In this document: positions 13,701 through 27,320 of the stretch, piece after piece
Position numbering within the stretch: position 1 is the stretch's first letter
Layout: every line of letters starts with the position of its first letter
NCBI RefSeq assembly: GCF_964204645.1
Contig: NC_134030.1
Coordinates: forward strand, 2,832,778-2,896,777
Length of the DNA: 64,000 bases
From: Tubulanus polymorphus
Lineage: Eukaryota > Animalia > Nemertea
Reading direction: 5' to 3'
Made by a program: the position numbers and the translations under genes
Notes under the pieces: model-generated
The model's database searches: none
The model's input: only the letters and a program-made list of their open reading frames with translations
Told to the model about the DNA's origin: nothing

Positions 13701-16272
13701 GGTTGTGAGTTCAGATTTGACCACTTGAAATTACTGAAACTACTTAACATATATCTTACTATAACTCTATTACTATAGTGTAGAGCTGTAGGAGGACCAG
13801 TGTGTGTTATGAGAGGCGCAGTGGCCGTGTGGTTTAAGCCGCCGGTCACCGGTCTCTCGACAATCCAGGGTTTATGGGTTCAAACCCTGGTGGCGACAGA
13901 GTTTCTTGGTCGAAGGTTCTTCTCTGGTCTCTCCCCCATTGGCAAAAAGAAACATCAAACCTGCTTATGCCCTGTGTGGCGCTTAGCGGGTTAAATAAAA
14001 AAAACTAGTGTGTATTATAAATCACATGTAGCTGATTGAGATTTCTTATAATAATAAGTACATAGTTCAAGTCCAAGAATGTCGTCTAATTAGTATAATG
14101 ATTGGAGTAACCACCTCAAATTTTGACATTTTCAATTCTTGAATACTCCTCAAAACTTTTCAATTCCGTAATGGCCGAGTAGTATGAACCATATCTAATA
14201 TAGTCATATTCATTTTAACTTATAACTGCAGTTTTAACATCGATGTGTAATGATTGTTTATTATATTTTCACACTCACAGATGTAGAGCTGGTACAGTAA
14301 TTGGTGTTGGTGCTAATATAACGTGTCTACTGATGACGTTAGTTCAGCCGTATATGCCCGCCATCAGTAAAACCATCCAGACTCAACTGAACGCTCCGAA
14401 CTCACTGATTCCCGATCAGTTCACTTGTCTCTTAAAGAAAGGTCATAAAATTGGAAAAGTAAGATTTTATTCTTTGTTCGCCTTCAGAATATTGTTACAG
14501 CAGGGCTCAGTAGTTGTGCTACTGGAAAACAGGGAATTTTCTTTTCTTTGAAAAACTCAGGGAATTTTGTTAAAAGAAACTTTAAAGTTAAGGTAGCGAG
14601 ATTGCACATAAAATCAAACAGTTTCGATCTATGTATTTGACTGTGTTAATTCAATGTATTCTTAGCAGAGTCAGGGAAAACAACGTTGTCGGACAATAGT
14701 CAGTTAAAAAGCAAGTCACATGGTTCCCACAGAACAGGGAAATTGGGAAAAACTTGGGAATTTTGAAATAATAATTCCCGGTTTGGAAATATTTGGGAAT
14801 TTGAAAAATTTTCCTCAAATCAGGGAAATATTTGGGAAATTCTTTACATTTCACATATTGCAATTGCCAAGGGTAACTTTCTTCAGCAGTTTCCCTTGAA
14901 AATCACCTTTTTTTAACCAGTCACTGCTAAAGTGTTGACTGTTGATCCACGATATCTGTTCATTTGCATTTGGGAACATTGAAAAATCACCCATGAAATA
15001 CTTGGGAATTTTGAATTCATATAACTGTGGGAACCATGAAGTCAAATAAAAGTAGTCGCCCTTAAAATTCTTAACGCGCGAGATAAGCTATTGCCCCTAG
15101 ATGAACTTAGATGGTCTAACATCTAAGTCTTGACTCTTCAATATGGTCTAGTTTCGCGACATTTTGATTTACTGAATATTTTCTAATCTACAACAGTTAA
15201 AAGTTAACCACTTTCATATAAAACTGAGTATAGCATCTAAAGTGAATATTGTTTATTATATTTTCAGCCGAGCCCGTTGTTCCAGAAGATCTCACCCGAG
15301 TTTATTGCTGAATTGAAATTGAAATACGCGGGCAGTGCTCCGGCGACCTCAACGGCTTCTAGTACTGTTATAGATCAGAGTTTAGTTACTAAACTAACTG
15401 AACAGGTGGCAGCACAGGTGTGTAGTAGATTTTGATTATGCTTGGTCCATTGTGAAGGGCATCAAAAGCACTGAATCGAAAGTGAATTACTATTATAAAG
15501 CCTGGTGTACATTTTTGTTGACTGGCCCAGTGAAATGGCATATGGGGAATGCGTGCTGAAAACCCAGCCAAACTGTGGGGTCTGAAACAAGATTTTGCTA
15601 AATCATTTAGAAAAGATTATAATTCATTTCTAGGGCGACGTCGTTCGAAAATTGAAAGCTGATAAAGTTGACAAGGGTCAAATAACTGCAGCGGTCGCCA
15701 TTCTGTTAGATCTGAAATCAAAACTAACAGCAGCTCAGGGTTCAGGTGCCGCTAGTGCAGGTACAGACGGCAAGAAAAAGAAAGGAAATCAGAGCAAAAA
15801 ATCAGCACCAGAAACACAAAGCGGCAAAACGAAACCGGCGAATGAGAATTCTCCTCCGAACTCGACCCCAGCGTCGGCTAACGGTCTCCCTGTAGACCAG
15901 GCTGTAGTTGATGATCTCACTAAACAGGTGGCAGCACAGGTACTATTTGAAGAACTGTTTCAAACCACTTCATTTGCTATATTTTGCAATCGAGACATAA
16001 CTAACTTGGGACGAACTACCGGTATCTATTTTAATGGACTGATTATCGGGATCTTTCCTATTTCAATTTTATGTCAAAACAGAAAATGTATTTGTATTTT
16101 CTAGGGTGATTTAGTGCGTCAACTGAAGACTGAGAAAGCCGAGAAAAGTTCCGTCGATTCAGCTGTGATGACATTATTAGATTTGAAAAAGAAATTAGCC
16201 CAAGCCCAAGGGATTGACGCCCAGGAATTGATAGGAGGTGGTGGAAAGAAGAAAAAGGGAAAGAAAAAATAA
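7746..16272 (+). CDS. MARS1: Cytosolic methionyl-tRNA synthetase (GST-like N-terminal domain, class I catalytic core, two C-terminal WHEP domains), multi-exon
   Basis: [19 protein letters not shown] (HIGH-like), [11 protein letters not shown], Zn knuckle CPFC...[33 protein letters not shown] (KMSKS-like), two QVAAQGDxVRxLK WHEP repeats. ATG at 7746, stop TAA at 16270-16272. Confidence 0.96.
10628..10737. mobile_element. MITE family B (GGACCCAGTTCCACAG TIRs)
   Basis: Inverted termini ccagttccacagtt...aactgtggaactgg. Related copy at ~1795-1870 and fragments at ~13688 and ~25340. Confidence 0.65.
11501..11853. mobile_element. MITE family C, diverged copy
   Basis: Colinear similarity with 14719-15038; CTTAAA near both ends. 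Confidence 0.75.
13778..13994 (+). mobile_element. tRNA-derived SINE (MARS1 intron)
   Basis: A box TGGCCGTGTGG, B box GGTTCAAACCC, A-rich tail; inverted homologue of 6891-7111. Confidence 0.75.
14719..15038. mobile_element. MITE family C (CATGGTTCCCACA TIRs, 6-bp TSD AAGTCA)
   Basis: Perfect TIRs CATGGTTCCCACAG/CTGTGGGAACCATG with AAGTCA on both flanks. Confidence 0.85.
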
Positions 16273-18288
16273 CAACTCATTCGTGGGGTGGTTTTATTGA
16301 ATGTATTAGTGTCAGTAGTTTTCGTGTGAATCCGTGAATTATTTATTCGGGAAAATAAAAGGATAAAATGTTGTAAAATTTTTCTCTGGTTCTTTTTGGT
16401 TATCATAATCAATTCCATTACTACAAATGGACACAGATCCACACGAATCAAGAGGATTTCATTTGTATTTAAAATAACCACCCAGGTTCGCAGTGTCCAC
16501 TGCAATCAACTGGCAATGTAGGTTACGATAATAACGGCCACTATGACGCGTGCGCACAGGAATGACGTCATCACTGACGGCGGCAAGGTCGCGAGCCATC
16601 AAGTTCGAATCCCGGCCGAAGGAAACGTCGCGCAAAACTCCGACCCATGCCAACCTCGCTTGCCAGAGTTTGAATTCCCCCCGCCGCGGCGGGCAAGCGA
16701 GGTTGACTCGAGCCGTGAGAATTCAATGCATTGTAACGATGTCGATGTTGCGGTTATAAACGAATTATAGACCTAATCGGATCCCGGAGTCCATGTAACC
16801 CATTGTAAAGAATCGACGTCCAATGTGTGTACTAATACGACACAACACCGTTGGCGAATATAACCCCGACCCCGGAATCCCCACTGGAGGGTATTCAAAG
16901 AATTCAGGTCACACATAAAGAAAGGCTATTGTATTGTTTGACTGTACGAATAGATCTATTTACTACCGACCCGGAACAAAAACTTGCCGTCGGAATATTC
17001 GACCTCCCCGGGCGGGTTCTTACGAGCGAGGCAGCACCCCGCCTTCTCGACGTGGATATTAACCAAATATACCAATGCAACAACACTTGTTGCATTTGAT
17101 CAGTCGTCCAAAACGAAGAGTCCATGATTTGATGATTTGAGTTGTTAGGCCTGTATATAAGACTGCATTCGAAGGAAATTGATGCAGTATTACATATACG
17201 ACTGTATCGAAGGAAACCGGTAAAATCTCCCAAATATCCCTTTCTGGGGGAAACCCTTTCCAAATCCAGTTCTTTTTTGTTGACGGCTATTTAGAGCTAA
17301 GAAATCTTTTTAAACTTGAATTTTTATTCATAGATTTTCATTAGGCCGATTTTTGACTTCAGCTTAATCATCCTCTAAGTCATAGAAAAGGAATTCAACT
17401 TGGAGGGATTTTGACTTCAGCTCGATGAGAGCCTCGATCTATTTCATACTAGGAAGGAAAGTCAACTTGAAGGGATTTTTTTGGCCGGGGCATTTTTGCC
17501 TGGAGGGATATTTACCTGGGGATTAATTACTACCGCGTATGAGACTGTTAAGAAATAGTAGGTACGCGTATATATAATGTAATTATGTGGAATTTCCACC
17601 TGTGAGATGTACACCTCAATAGTAAAACAAAATCCCGGATATTTTTGATGATTATCCTCGGGTAAAGGACAACATTGTTTTCAACCCGGATATAAAAACA
17701 CAGGTTTGTTTATGACGTGTGTGACAGTATACCGAACAAACGTGTACAGGAAAAAATCCGCGTCTAGTTGTATATGTGCGCGTCCCCTCCATACAACATT
17801 GTAACATAATGCGACTAATTCTAGATAATGTTCACAATTAAGATACCCTGATGTTTGTGGTTGTAGGGGTGGGCGCTGTTCACCAGACAGACTAATATAA
17901 TCAGCAATATTACACGAGTATTACATAGAGCAACAGCCGCGTAAGGGTTTTTACAATCCCCACCGACGCATTATATTTGGCAAGAACGTACGTATGCTTT
18001 TTTACCTTTCTAGAAGAAATAAAGGAAAAATAGTCATCAGGCCTAGGATTTTATGTACCGGTACTTCTTTCAGCTATATTATTTATTCACTCATTTACTT
18101 AATGTGCCCCGGCGTTTTATGAACCTCCGGGCTGTTTCCAGTAGAAGGACACCCGCAGCAGGATCGCATAAGCTTGCAATTTCGCATGACGTAATGTGTG
18201 TCATGAAATTAACTTGAAGATTTTCAATTATGTATACATTATATATGTACTTGTGTCACTGAGATTTAGTTTGAGATTGGTTGTTTAT

Positions 18289-18839
18289 TTATCGCAAAAG
18301 TCGATCATCTAATGATCGAATATCAGAATCGATATCAATCTTCGACCCTTTTTCTAATAACAAGGATTGAAGAACGCGTCTTGGCAGCCGATCGATCAGT
18401 GACCCGGGCATATGACCAGACGATTCTTCCGGAACGCTCGGCTTCAGACTCACCACAACTCCGTCGCGCTGATAGGTAATCGTGTCGTCACTCTCTACAG
18501 GTGCTGCTGAGACCACATGTATTCAAGAGCAAGAGAGAGAGAGAAACCGAAATGCCACAGTTAGGAATAGTTTCTGTGACCCCTCTACAATACTTGACAT
18601 GTTTCCGGCTTCTACACAATATAGTGGAGTGTGGGGTTCAAAATGAGAGGATTAATAAATGGCACTCTAAACCCTATCCCCCGATATTGGCCTGCCCCGA
18701 TACTTGGCCGGTTAATCTGTGTTTTTTTTTTCACGTATCGTACTTATTTTCATGAATCAATGATATAGGTTTCACCAGAAACTCGTTCGACTAACCGGCA
18801 CATAGAAATGGACTGAGGATGTTTTTCGTTCCGTTCCAT
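18289..18839 (-). CDS. Putative small two-exon orphan gene (~93 aa): exons 18776-18839 and 18289-18506
   Basis: Both exons are preceded on the minus strand by (TC)n pyrimidine tracts and AG. Phases match (G|CA) and AATAAA overlaps the TAA stop. The donor (GTGAAA) is weak and no homology is recognised. Confidence 0.35.
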
Positions 18840-21800
18840 TCGACGCGTCTTGAGTTGGGAGAGAGAGAGAGCAACATTTAATTTACGACACTATAAGCGT
18901 GTGAATGGCGTATATTTATTGATATCTGGGAGCTGAGACGAGACCTTTCACATTCTTGAGATGCCATCCCCAAGGGATAGGTTGAGGTTGGATCTCCGGT
19001 TTTTCATGATGTTATATATACATATTAGAGTCTGAAATATGAAGTTGGAAAAAGAACTGAACAGAGGGACGAGAAATTCACGAGTTAGATATGAACTTTA
19101 GAAAAAAGACGTGCGTGTATAGAATATTTCGAGGATCGCATTGACAGGGTCACGTGACGAAATGAAAGCTATACCGAAAGATAACGCGTCAGAGCTGACT
19201 GAATGTTCGAACGGAATATGTCTTTATAAAAAGCTAAAATCTTTAGATTAGAAATACGGATACGTATTTCAGAGAATAGAATATGAAGCCATTTGAAATA
19301 TATCAAATATAAAATGTTTAAAAAGATATGTATTTAGAAACTAAAATGGCGTCGTATTGTACGTATGTGATCTCTTTTGAAATAAAATGAAGACGGTGTA
19401 ATCGGAGATGTTTCAATTTCGACATTAAAATTTAAAAATGGCTGGTGATGTTTATATGTATTTCATCACCACCATCATCCCCAAGGCAATATGTGGGATG
19501 AAATAAATTTCAATCGTTTCACATCGTCACCACATGTATATATGTTCATACACCAGTATATACGTGGCTGATCCCCCTGTCTACTGACTCTCTGTACTGT
19601 CACATTATATGCAACAGCTTCAAACCGCACATGACAAACCTGACATTAAAGCTTCATCGATCTGAAGCCTCGCCCCCATAGGCAAGGGTGGGGAGCTTTT
19701 TGTCTATTTCAATCCAATCTGCGCGCACGCAGTGGCTGTGACCCAAATGGCTCGGAAATTGCTGACACTTGAAAATGTGACTAACAAAAAATACGATACC
19801 ATAAAAATATATGCTGGTTTAACCACCACCACGAATCTATGTGGCGCGGGTGTGGAATGTTTGTGTGACTGAGAAAAAAACTAGCATATATATAAATAAA
19901 TATAGATATATAATCATTTAAAGAAATGTATCTTCATCACACTGAGACATTGCGCGTCTTTAATATCAGTGTTGTCATAAAATTCGATTTTATAATTGAT
20001 CTATCGGCCCCGGGTCGGTGCGGGACCGTCGTAACCATTTGACTGTGGGAAAACGTAGGTTAGGAATATCTGGATTAGAAATTGCACGTCACAGCGCGTC
20101 AACAGGCTTAAATGGCTAATTGAAATTGGCTAATTGACGGCCAATATGACGTCAATGTGACACCCGTGGATCATTGGTGGAGTAGCCTCGTACGTCGAGT
20201 GTGGCGTCTAACCGGGCTGTCACAATCCGGAAAACTGCACCGACAGACTCACAGCCCCCGCGTGCCTCAGTTTATACGTAATTCGAGTTACCTTTGGACC
20301 GGGGTTCATAATATATGCAAATACATACAACAACCATTAGCTTCGTATATATAGACTGAATGTGTCACGACCCCAGCAAACTGCGACACTCAGGGTGAAC
20401 TAAAAGTCACCATCGAGCCGCACAATATATGCTAAAAATGCTGTGGTGTATCTACTATATATCAGTGATTGATATCAGGTGATATATTTCGGTTATGTTC
20501 GTTATCAAACTTTTACCCCATAAATTCATTGCACAAGAATAATAGGATCACGACCCCGACCGGGTACAAAGTCGACAACAAAATGCACCCGCATTAATGT
20601 AGGCTTAGACGTGCCAGAAATAACAGCTCCCCGAAATATCAGCTTATTCAAATAAAAACTATATGAAATAACTATAGGTTTTATCGCGTGTATGATCGAC
20701 GCGCGTCTGAATTTTCTTTTGAAACATTTTCAATTTTTTTTCGGCGTACTCCTCTCACGTCGAGAGAACGTAACGCGGCCAACGCCCATTTACTGCCGAC
20801 AAAAGAAGAGCGCGCATACTAACGTATGTATTAAATTCAGTCTCGTTTAACTATACGGATTTCCTCCCGGAGCTAGCGACTTGAGGACACACCCCTACAT
20901 GCTGCTCCCGCCGTCACCACCAGTCATCAATACATGCGCGTAAAAACATATATAAACGCAGCAGGTTTTTTTTCCAAATGTCAGAAGGATAATATCCTTA
21001 TTCGGCTTATTCCTGCCTACGTCGCATTTGCCGCCAAATGTCATATAACATACACAGCCAGGTTTTATTCGTGTTTGATAAACTTTTTGAGTTAAATCTA
21101 AAATTAATTATCGTGTAATTAGCAATTTAATTACGTTACAGATATTGGAAAAGGTGCATCTCATTTATACGGTATATTCGTCGCACTTGTTCCTTGTCAC
21201 TTTGTGAAAACGGCGCGTGGTGTTAGGAAACCTATTAATAGAATTTTCCCCACTCGAACAGGAAAAGCCGATCCTATCTCGTTCTGTATACCCTACAGGG
21301 GAAGTTTAGTCTAAACGTCAGCTGCCACGGCGCGTATATACCCACCGAGTTGAATTCACGTGTGTTACCCCACCGTCCAATCATCGCCAATAAAGCTGAC
21401 GTCACGCTGTGTGTGTGTGTGTCGGTTTGGAACGTTTCCAACACGACATGACCCCCACCCACTTAGCCGAGTTGTCAATAGTTGTAGGGGACGGGCATAT
21501 TGTATACGCAGAGAGAGAGCTTGTAGGTTTCGTACACCACACAAAGCCTTTTAATACGGCACAGGAGTGGAGGACGTTCTGTATGAAACTACAGTTGATA
21601 CGTACACATCCTAGCGAAGTTTTTACAAATTAATTATCTAAATAAAAAGGTAAGGTTTGTTGATATTTACTCGTTTATCCAGCACCGATATTTTGAACAT
21701 GCTTTTTGATAGTAAGCACTACAGGTATACAAGGAATAATTCAAACACGACGCATGTTGGAAATTTACAGATGGACCCGGCTTTTTTATCATAATATCAC

Positions 21801-22525
21801 GAATTATTACGGTTATTTCATATGCACGTATCGTCAGCACGTGATTGTGAAAGTGAATTGAAACTATGAACGGATATTATCTGTCTGTGCGGCGCCACAG
21901 CGATATTTTAGATGTAATGTGACACACATGTCGGTGCGCTGGTGGCTGTTGGTCTATCTCCGACCCAGTCAACGAAAGGTCACCGCACAGTTTAATATTA
22001 ACGGCGCTAAACCCGCGAGAACCCGTTTTAATCGCGAGGACAGACGTAGTCAACATGTGTCAACCCCGTGCAAAGAAGGCCAAGTGCTGATGGGTAACCC
22101 AGGGGTCAGTACTTGAAATATACCACTTGATTATTATTATTAAGCGTCGAACTACAACTCGGACAAAGTGTAACGCGAGTGGATCTATAGCGAGGGTGAC
22201 TCTAAACACTGGAACTCTGAACGCGGTTCCGTTCCTGCTTGTTTTTTATGTATATATATTCGTTTTGTATGGAGCTCATGAAAAGTTTGTGCTCGGTGGT
22301 ACGTATTCAAATCATGGTATATATATATCTTGTGAGTTTGGTATAGGAAACCGAATGCTGGGCATACAACAAGGAATCGATAGCTGGATCGGCGTCTTTA
22401 AAGGCGAATCGAGCAAGAATGTGATTTAGGAAGCAACTATTTTGGATTTTGATCAGCAATCAGCATTCGGCAAGCGATATCCTATTGTGCGATAGTCGTT
22501 TCTTTCAGGCTGTCACCGAGAAATA

Positions 22526-22551
22526 TACATCATCATCATCATCATCATCAT
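22526..22551. repeat. (CAT)n microsatellite
   Basis: About eight CAT units just upstream of the first NAB coding exon. Confidence 0.9.
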
Positions 22552-22652
22552 GAACGCATTGTATAAACTAATCTTGGATAACGATGTATTTCATACGATA
22601 ACCGATGATTAGTAATTAGTTTGAATATTGTTGTTCTCTGCAGGTGAATGCG

Positions 22653-25600
22653 ATGGCGAATAACGCTAGCAGTCCGTCATCGGGTTCAACGCCGACGAAT
22701 CCTTCTGAATTACAACTCTACCGCGTGTTACAGAAAGCCAACCTTATTCAGTATTACGACACCTTTATTAGTCAAGGTATTCATTTTGCACAAACCTCGC
22801 AATGTCGGTTATATCTACTTTTTCAGAACTGACAACAAACTCGATAAAACTCTGAAAATTCTATTTTCTAAGTCCGATATGTCACTCTTATTCAGTTATC
22901 TATTTACGACTCCATGAAGGTTCATGGAGCTCCACGGCCTGATGTAAATAAACGAATAAGTAAAAAGAAGGGAATCAATGGAAAAAGATTAGGTTAAAAG
23001 CGTATCGTTGGTCTTAGAAATAATGAATTGACAGAAATGATTTGATAAACATTTTATTCGCAGATTGAATACTACATGACGTATACTCCACCTGATAATG
23101 GCTGTTTAGTAAACAGCCGAAATGCTGTGGTTTCATATTATTAAATTCTATCGTACAAAATCTAAATTGTGGGATCTCTTCATTAACACACACACTCTCT
23201 CTCTCACTCTCTAGGAGGTGATGACGTCAAACAATTAGTCGAAGCAGGGGAGGAAGAATTCTTAGAAATAATGGCTCTGGTCGGAATGGCGAGTAAACCT
23301 CTTCACGTGAGAAGACTGCAGAAATCTCTTCAGGAATGGGTGGCGAATCCTGGTATGATTTATCAGTTAATTCTTATCTACAGTCCATAGTTCTCACTGC
23401 GATATAACTGTATGTTTGAATTCCCGTTAGAAAAGGGGAATTTATATGCAGATAGTAATGTATAATTTTGGTTAATTTTCAGCCTCGTTCCAGCAACCGG
23501 TTCAATCGTCGCCCGGGGGTCCTACAGTCAGTAGCATCCTAGCTGCCAGCCTTCAACAGCCGATCAGTGTACCGACATACCAGCCTAATTCGAGCAGTAA
23601 ACCGCGAACGACCAGCCCTCAATCCTCGCAACAACATGGCACCATATCGGCGCACACATGGACCCCTGGTCTGAATGCCGGGAGCCCATCTGCCGCGTCG
23701 ACCGCGTCGGATCATAGCGCCACGTCACCAGTTCAAGGGAACAACCCGTACCTTCTACAAACGCTTACAAGCCAATCGGTAATATCTCCGTGGTTTAGTG
23801 TGAATGAATGCATTTCCATTAATAGAACGAAAAAAATACTCGTCACGAAACGCTGCGAGTGATTTTAGAAAGAAAACCAGTTCTTTATACTTTGATTGAC
23901 CAATAGGACGATTCTATTATATAAATCCCACTATCAAACATTCCCAGTCCAGTCTCATAAATGCAAAAATTTCCTCTCTACATCGGCTACCTTTTTATTA
24001 AGATTTTCTTCTAAATGTTCGTGCGTTTTGTTTTTTGAAGGTTTCCAGCGATGCGCACGATCGTGATATGAATAGTGGCTCACCGGTACCTAACGCTCAA
24101 CTCTCCTCCTATCAGATCGATTCTATAGCTCAGGTGGCCGAGGTTTTCTGTAAAACGTTGCCTCCGGTCGAACAGAAACCGATGAACATGAAAAAGGACA
24201 TCAGTCGTGAAATACAGGTAAGATATATTCAAAAATAACGGTTCGTGCAAGTTAATCGATATCGGTCTGATGACTGACCAATCAGTGGACGCCGGCGCGG
24301 TTAGAGGCCGTATTCCATGTATTCCTGAATACACTGCTGATTGAGAAAAAGACCTATTTTGTGGTTTTCAATACCAGAATAAAGTAGAAAATAGTTCCTG
24401 GGGCCGGTTGCATAGTCATGACTTAGACTTAAGATCAGTCTAAGACCATCCTAGTTCAATAGCCAATCTAACAACTTAAGACCAGTCTTAAGATTTAAGA
24501 CCACTTTTTGACTTAAGTCACGACTTGTGCAACTGGCCCCTGGTGCGACTATTGTGATAATAGCTGGATTGATACGGGGTATTGTATTGTAATATATAAT
24601 AATTCTGTATTGTATAGAATGTCATTGACATGTCGTTTGACGCGCCGTCAAGAATGGACGCCATATACAAATACTCGGCTATTTACGGACGTTTCGATTC
24701 CAGTAGAAAGAAAGACAAACCGATGTCTTTACACGAGGTTAGTCCTGAAGTGAAATGAGTTAAAGAATTGAAAACTCCCCACTAGACCCAGGTGGGTGAT
24801 TAGCACCAAAATGATGAACATGAGCTGAACAAATGGGATCAATCAATACAGGGACACAATCCCAATAAAAGAAAGATTAAGAATCTTCGTGATTTTCTTC
24901 TTTTTCAAAGTATTTTACCTAATGCCTCGTTACCGACTCACTCACTCAATTAAGTTGCTTTCCCCTATATATATTTCTTCCACCCTTAATGATGGTCTCT
25001 TGACTAGAGAGAGGACAAAACTTAGTGTCGTTAATCTTTTGATTTTAATTCTCGATGAATTTCGTTTTAATCTCTTTGATTTGTATATAGTGGGTTTTAT
25101 CTTTTATCACGTAATTGTGGAAGTGTAACATGAATTAAATATTTACAGGTATCGGTGAATGAAGCTGCTGCTCAGATTTGTAAATGGCACCCAGCTCTAC
25201 TGACCCGACGAGATGAACTGTTTCCGCTAGCCAGGCAGGTCGTTAAACTGAGCGGTTACCAGTATTCGAAAGGTCATTCCAGGTAAGTGTTTTCAATCGA
25301 GCTGAAAAATCGCCTCATTCTTCAAACTGTTGAAACGCCAACACAGTTCTGAATTTAACTCTATAGAGTTTAAACATTGAAAATGACTCACAGTTTTACT
25401 CTAACTCTTAACCATAGAACTGCGGGTCATGATTTTCGATTGTACATCGAATAAACTTAGAATTAATTTGAATAAATCGAACTACTGTTTGGGCCGAGGT
25501 TCCAAACAAATACTTCATTTTCTTCTTCCTGTTTTTTTTTATGGATCTGTCGTAAACTTCTGGCCAGGGTTAGATTCTCTGGATAGGTAAATTGTTTTTT

Positions 25601-27320
25601 TAACGATTTGTACGATGCAAATCGCTAATCGATGTTCGATAATCGATGTTCGATGTCACCAGATGTAAAAAACTACTTTATTTCATTGAATGATATAACT
25701 AACGATATTCGTCGCTTTTTATGTTTAACACAATTTTTCACATGTCAGTAAAAGTATCCCACAATGAACAAATAACACGTATACGCACATACATGGTGCC
25801 TGGTGTGATCGCTTTTGATAGATGACACACGAAAATATCTATAAGTATATCCTATAAAGCTGTGTCTTACCCCGTGCCAAGCTTTGAAATAATGAACTTT
25901 TTTTTATCTGAAAAAACCCACAATTACGAAGTAACGTATTGAGGATTTTGACGTTCCGACTCAAATGAGCTTTAAGGCATTCTGTGAACAGCTGTTTTGA
26001 AAATACCTCGTAGCATTTTAGTTGAAACTTCAAAATCCTCTAGTAGTGCGTCCGGTCGTATTTTAAGTCTGTCTATGAAAATCAACTCTTTCTCTTCAAT
26101 TTAACAGGATGTCGGACCACGTGGATAAGAAACATTTAACCGATGTTGAAATGTTGTCAAACAGCAAAATAATTCAGAAAACAGAGGTAATCATTTCAGA
26201 TTCAAAAATCAAATGAAAGCTTCGGAAATTTTGTTATCTAAATACATTTCGTATCGGGTTCAAGCGTTCTTCGTTTAAACTACAATAAAGATGTGAATTT
26301 GAATTTTAAAGGAACAACTGATCGAAGTTAATCACGAACTGAACGAAATCATTCCAAAAATTGAAGAGTTAAAAACGAAAATGAACGATAGCGAAGACGA
26401 CGCTGATTTCACCGAATCGATACAAACGGAATTGAACGATTTGTCGGCTCGATATAAACAACTGACGTCAGAACAGACGACCTTGATTAATCGACAAAAG
26501 AGGGCGCAACTGCATTTACAAAATAGGAGCGTAGAGAGTAGCGAAAACGGTACAGGTAAGCATATATATAGAATATTGAAATTACTTATGATTTCAACTT
26601 AATTTCAATCAGATGTAGAATTAACAACCACTATATACAAATTGAAAAGATAAAAAATGTTTCGGACTCTAGAGACGGGACACCTGACAATGGTCTCTAG
26701 AGAGAGAAAGTGTGAAACTTTACGTCTTGTAGATTCTGAATTTAACATCGAACAATATAATTCATAGTCGTTTACGCAATTCTTTTATCTTTTCCCCACG
26801 TTTGAGTGCATGGACTGTTCATTCTATTATCAATTTGATGAGAATTCGGAACTATAATCTTTAACTGACTTAATGACTTCTTCATATATAACAGTAACTT
26901 AGAACTATATTTTTCGTTGCAGCATCGCCATCGCAGAGCGGTTCGTCATCACCACGCAGTACGCACGGGGACGACATGTACCCAACTCCTGCCAAGAGGA
27001 ATCCCGCTAAAACAAAAGACTATATTCAAAAATCTTTATTCGACGAAGGTTTGCGAATCGCTCAGCAATACGGAATGGGCGATTTCGCGGCCGAACTGAA
27101 CGATTTGAAACCCGAAGACGGCGGCGTGAACCCCGACGAAATTTGTTCCTCTGAGTCGAAAGATAGAATGACAACGAACAATAACGTTTCTAACATCGGC
27201 TGCTCAGGAGCAGGAGCAGGAGCAGGTGGAGAAGAAGGAGTGATATTGAGACGGGAACTAGAAAATCGTAACGGTAAAATGATAACTGACGACATCAGAT
27301 TACCGGATGAATCAGTCTGA
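22653..27320 (+). CDS. NAB: NGFI-A-binding protein (NAB, EGR co-repressor), about 9 coding exons (22653-22776, 23215-23352, ~23483-23778, ~24041-24217, ~24618-24737, ~25149-25282, ~26109-26186, ~26312-26556, ~26923-27320)
   Basis: NCD1: [65 protein letters not shown]2: [10 protein letters not shown]...[14 protein letters not shown]...[16 protein letters not shown]. Confidence 0.95.
24401..24539 (+). mobile_element. PIF/Harbinger-like MITE, family A (NAB intron)
   Basis: TIRs GGGCCGGTTGCA/TGCAACTGGCCC with CTG TSD. Confidence 0.85.

Noticed and set aside
13816-13900. Functional tRNA gene
   Set aside because: A and B boxes are present but I cannot fold a clean cloverleaf, and homology extends well beyond the tRNA part to a second copy, as expected for a SINE.
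16459-17263. Cluster of short overlapping ORFs downstream of MARS1
   Set aside because: No recognisable domains or consistent splice structure; the region includes a MITE fragment and is probably regulatory or repeat-derived.
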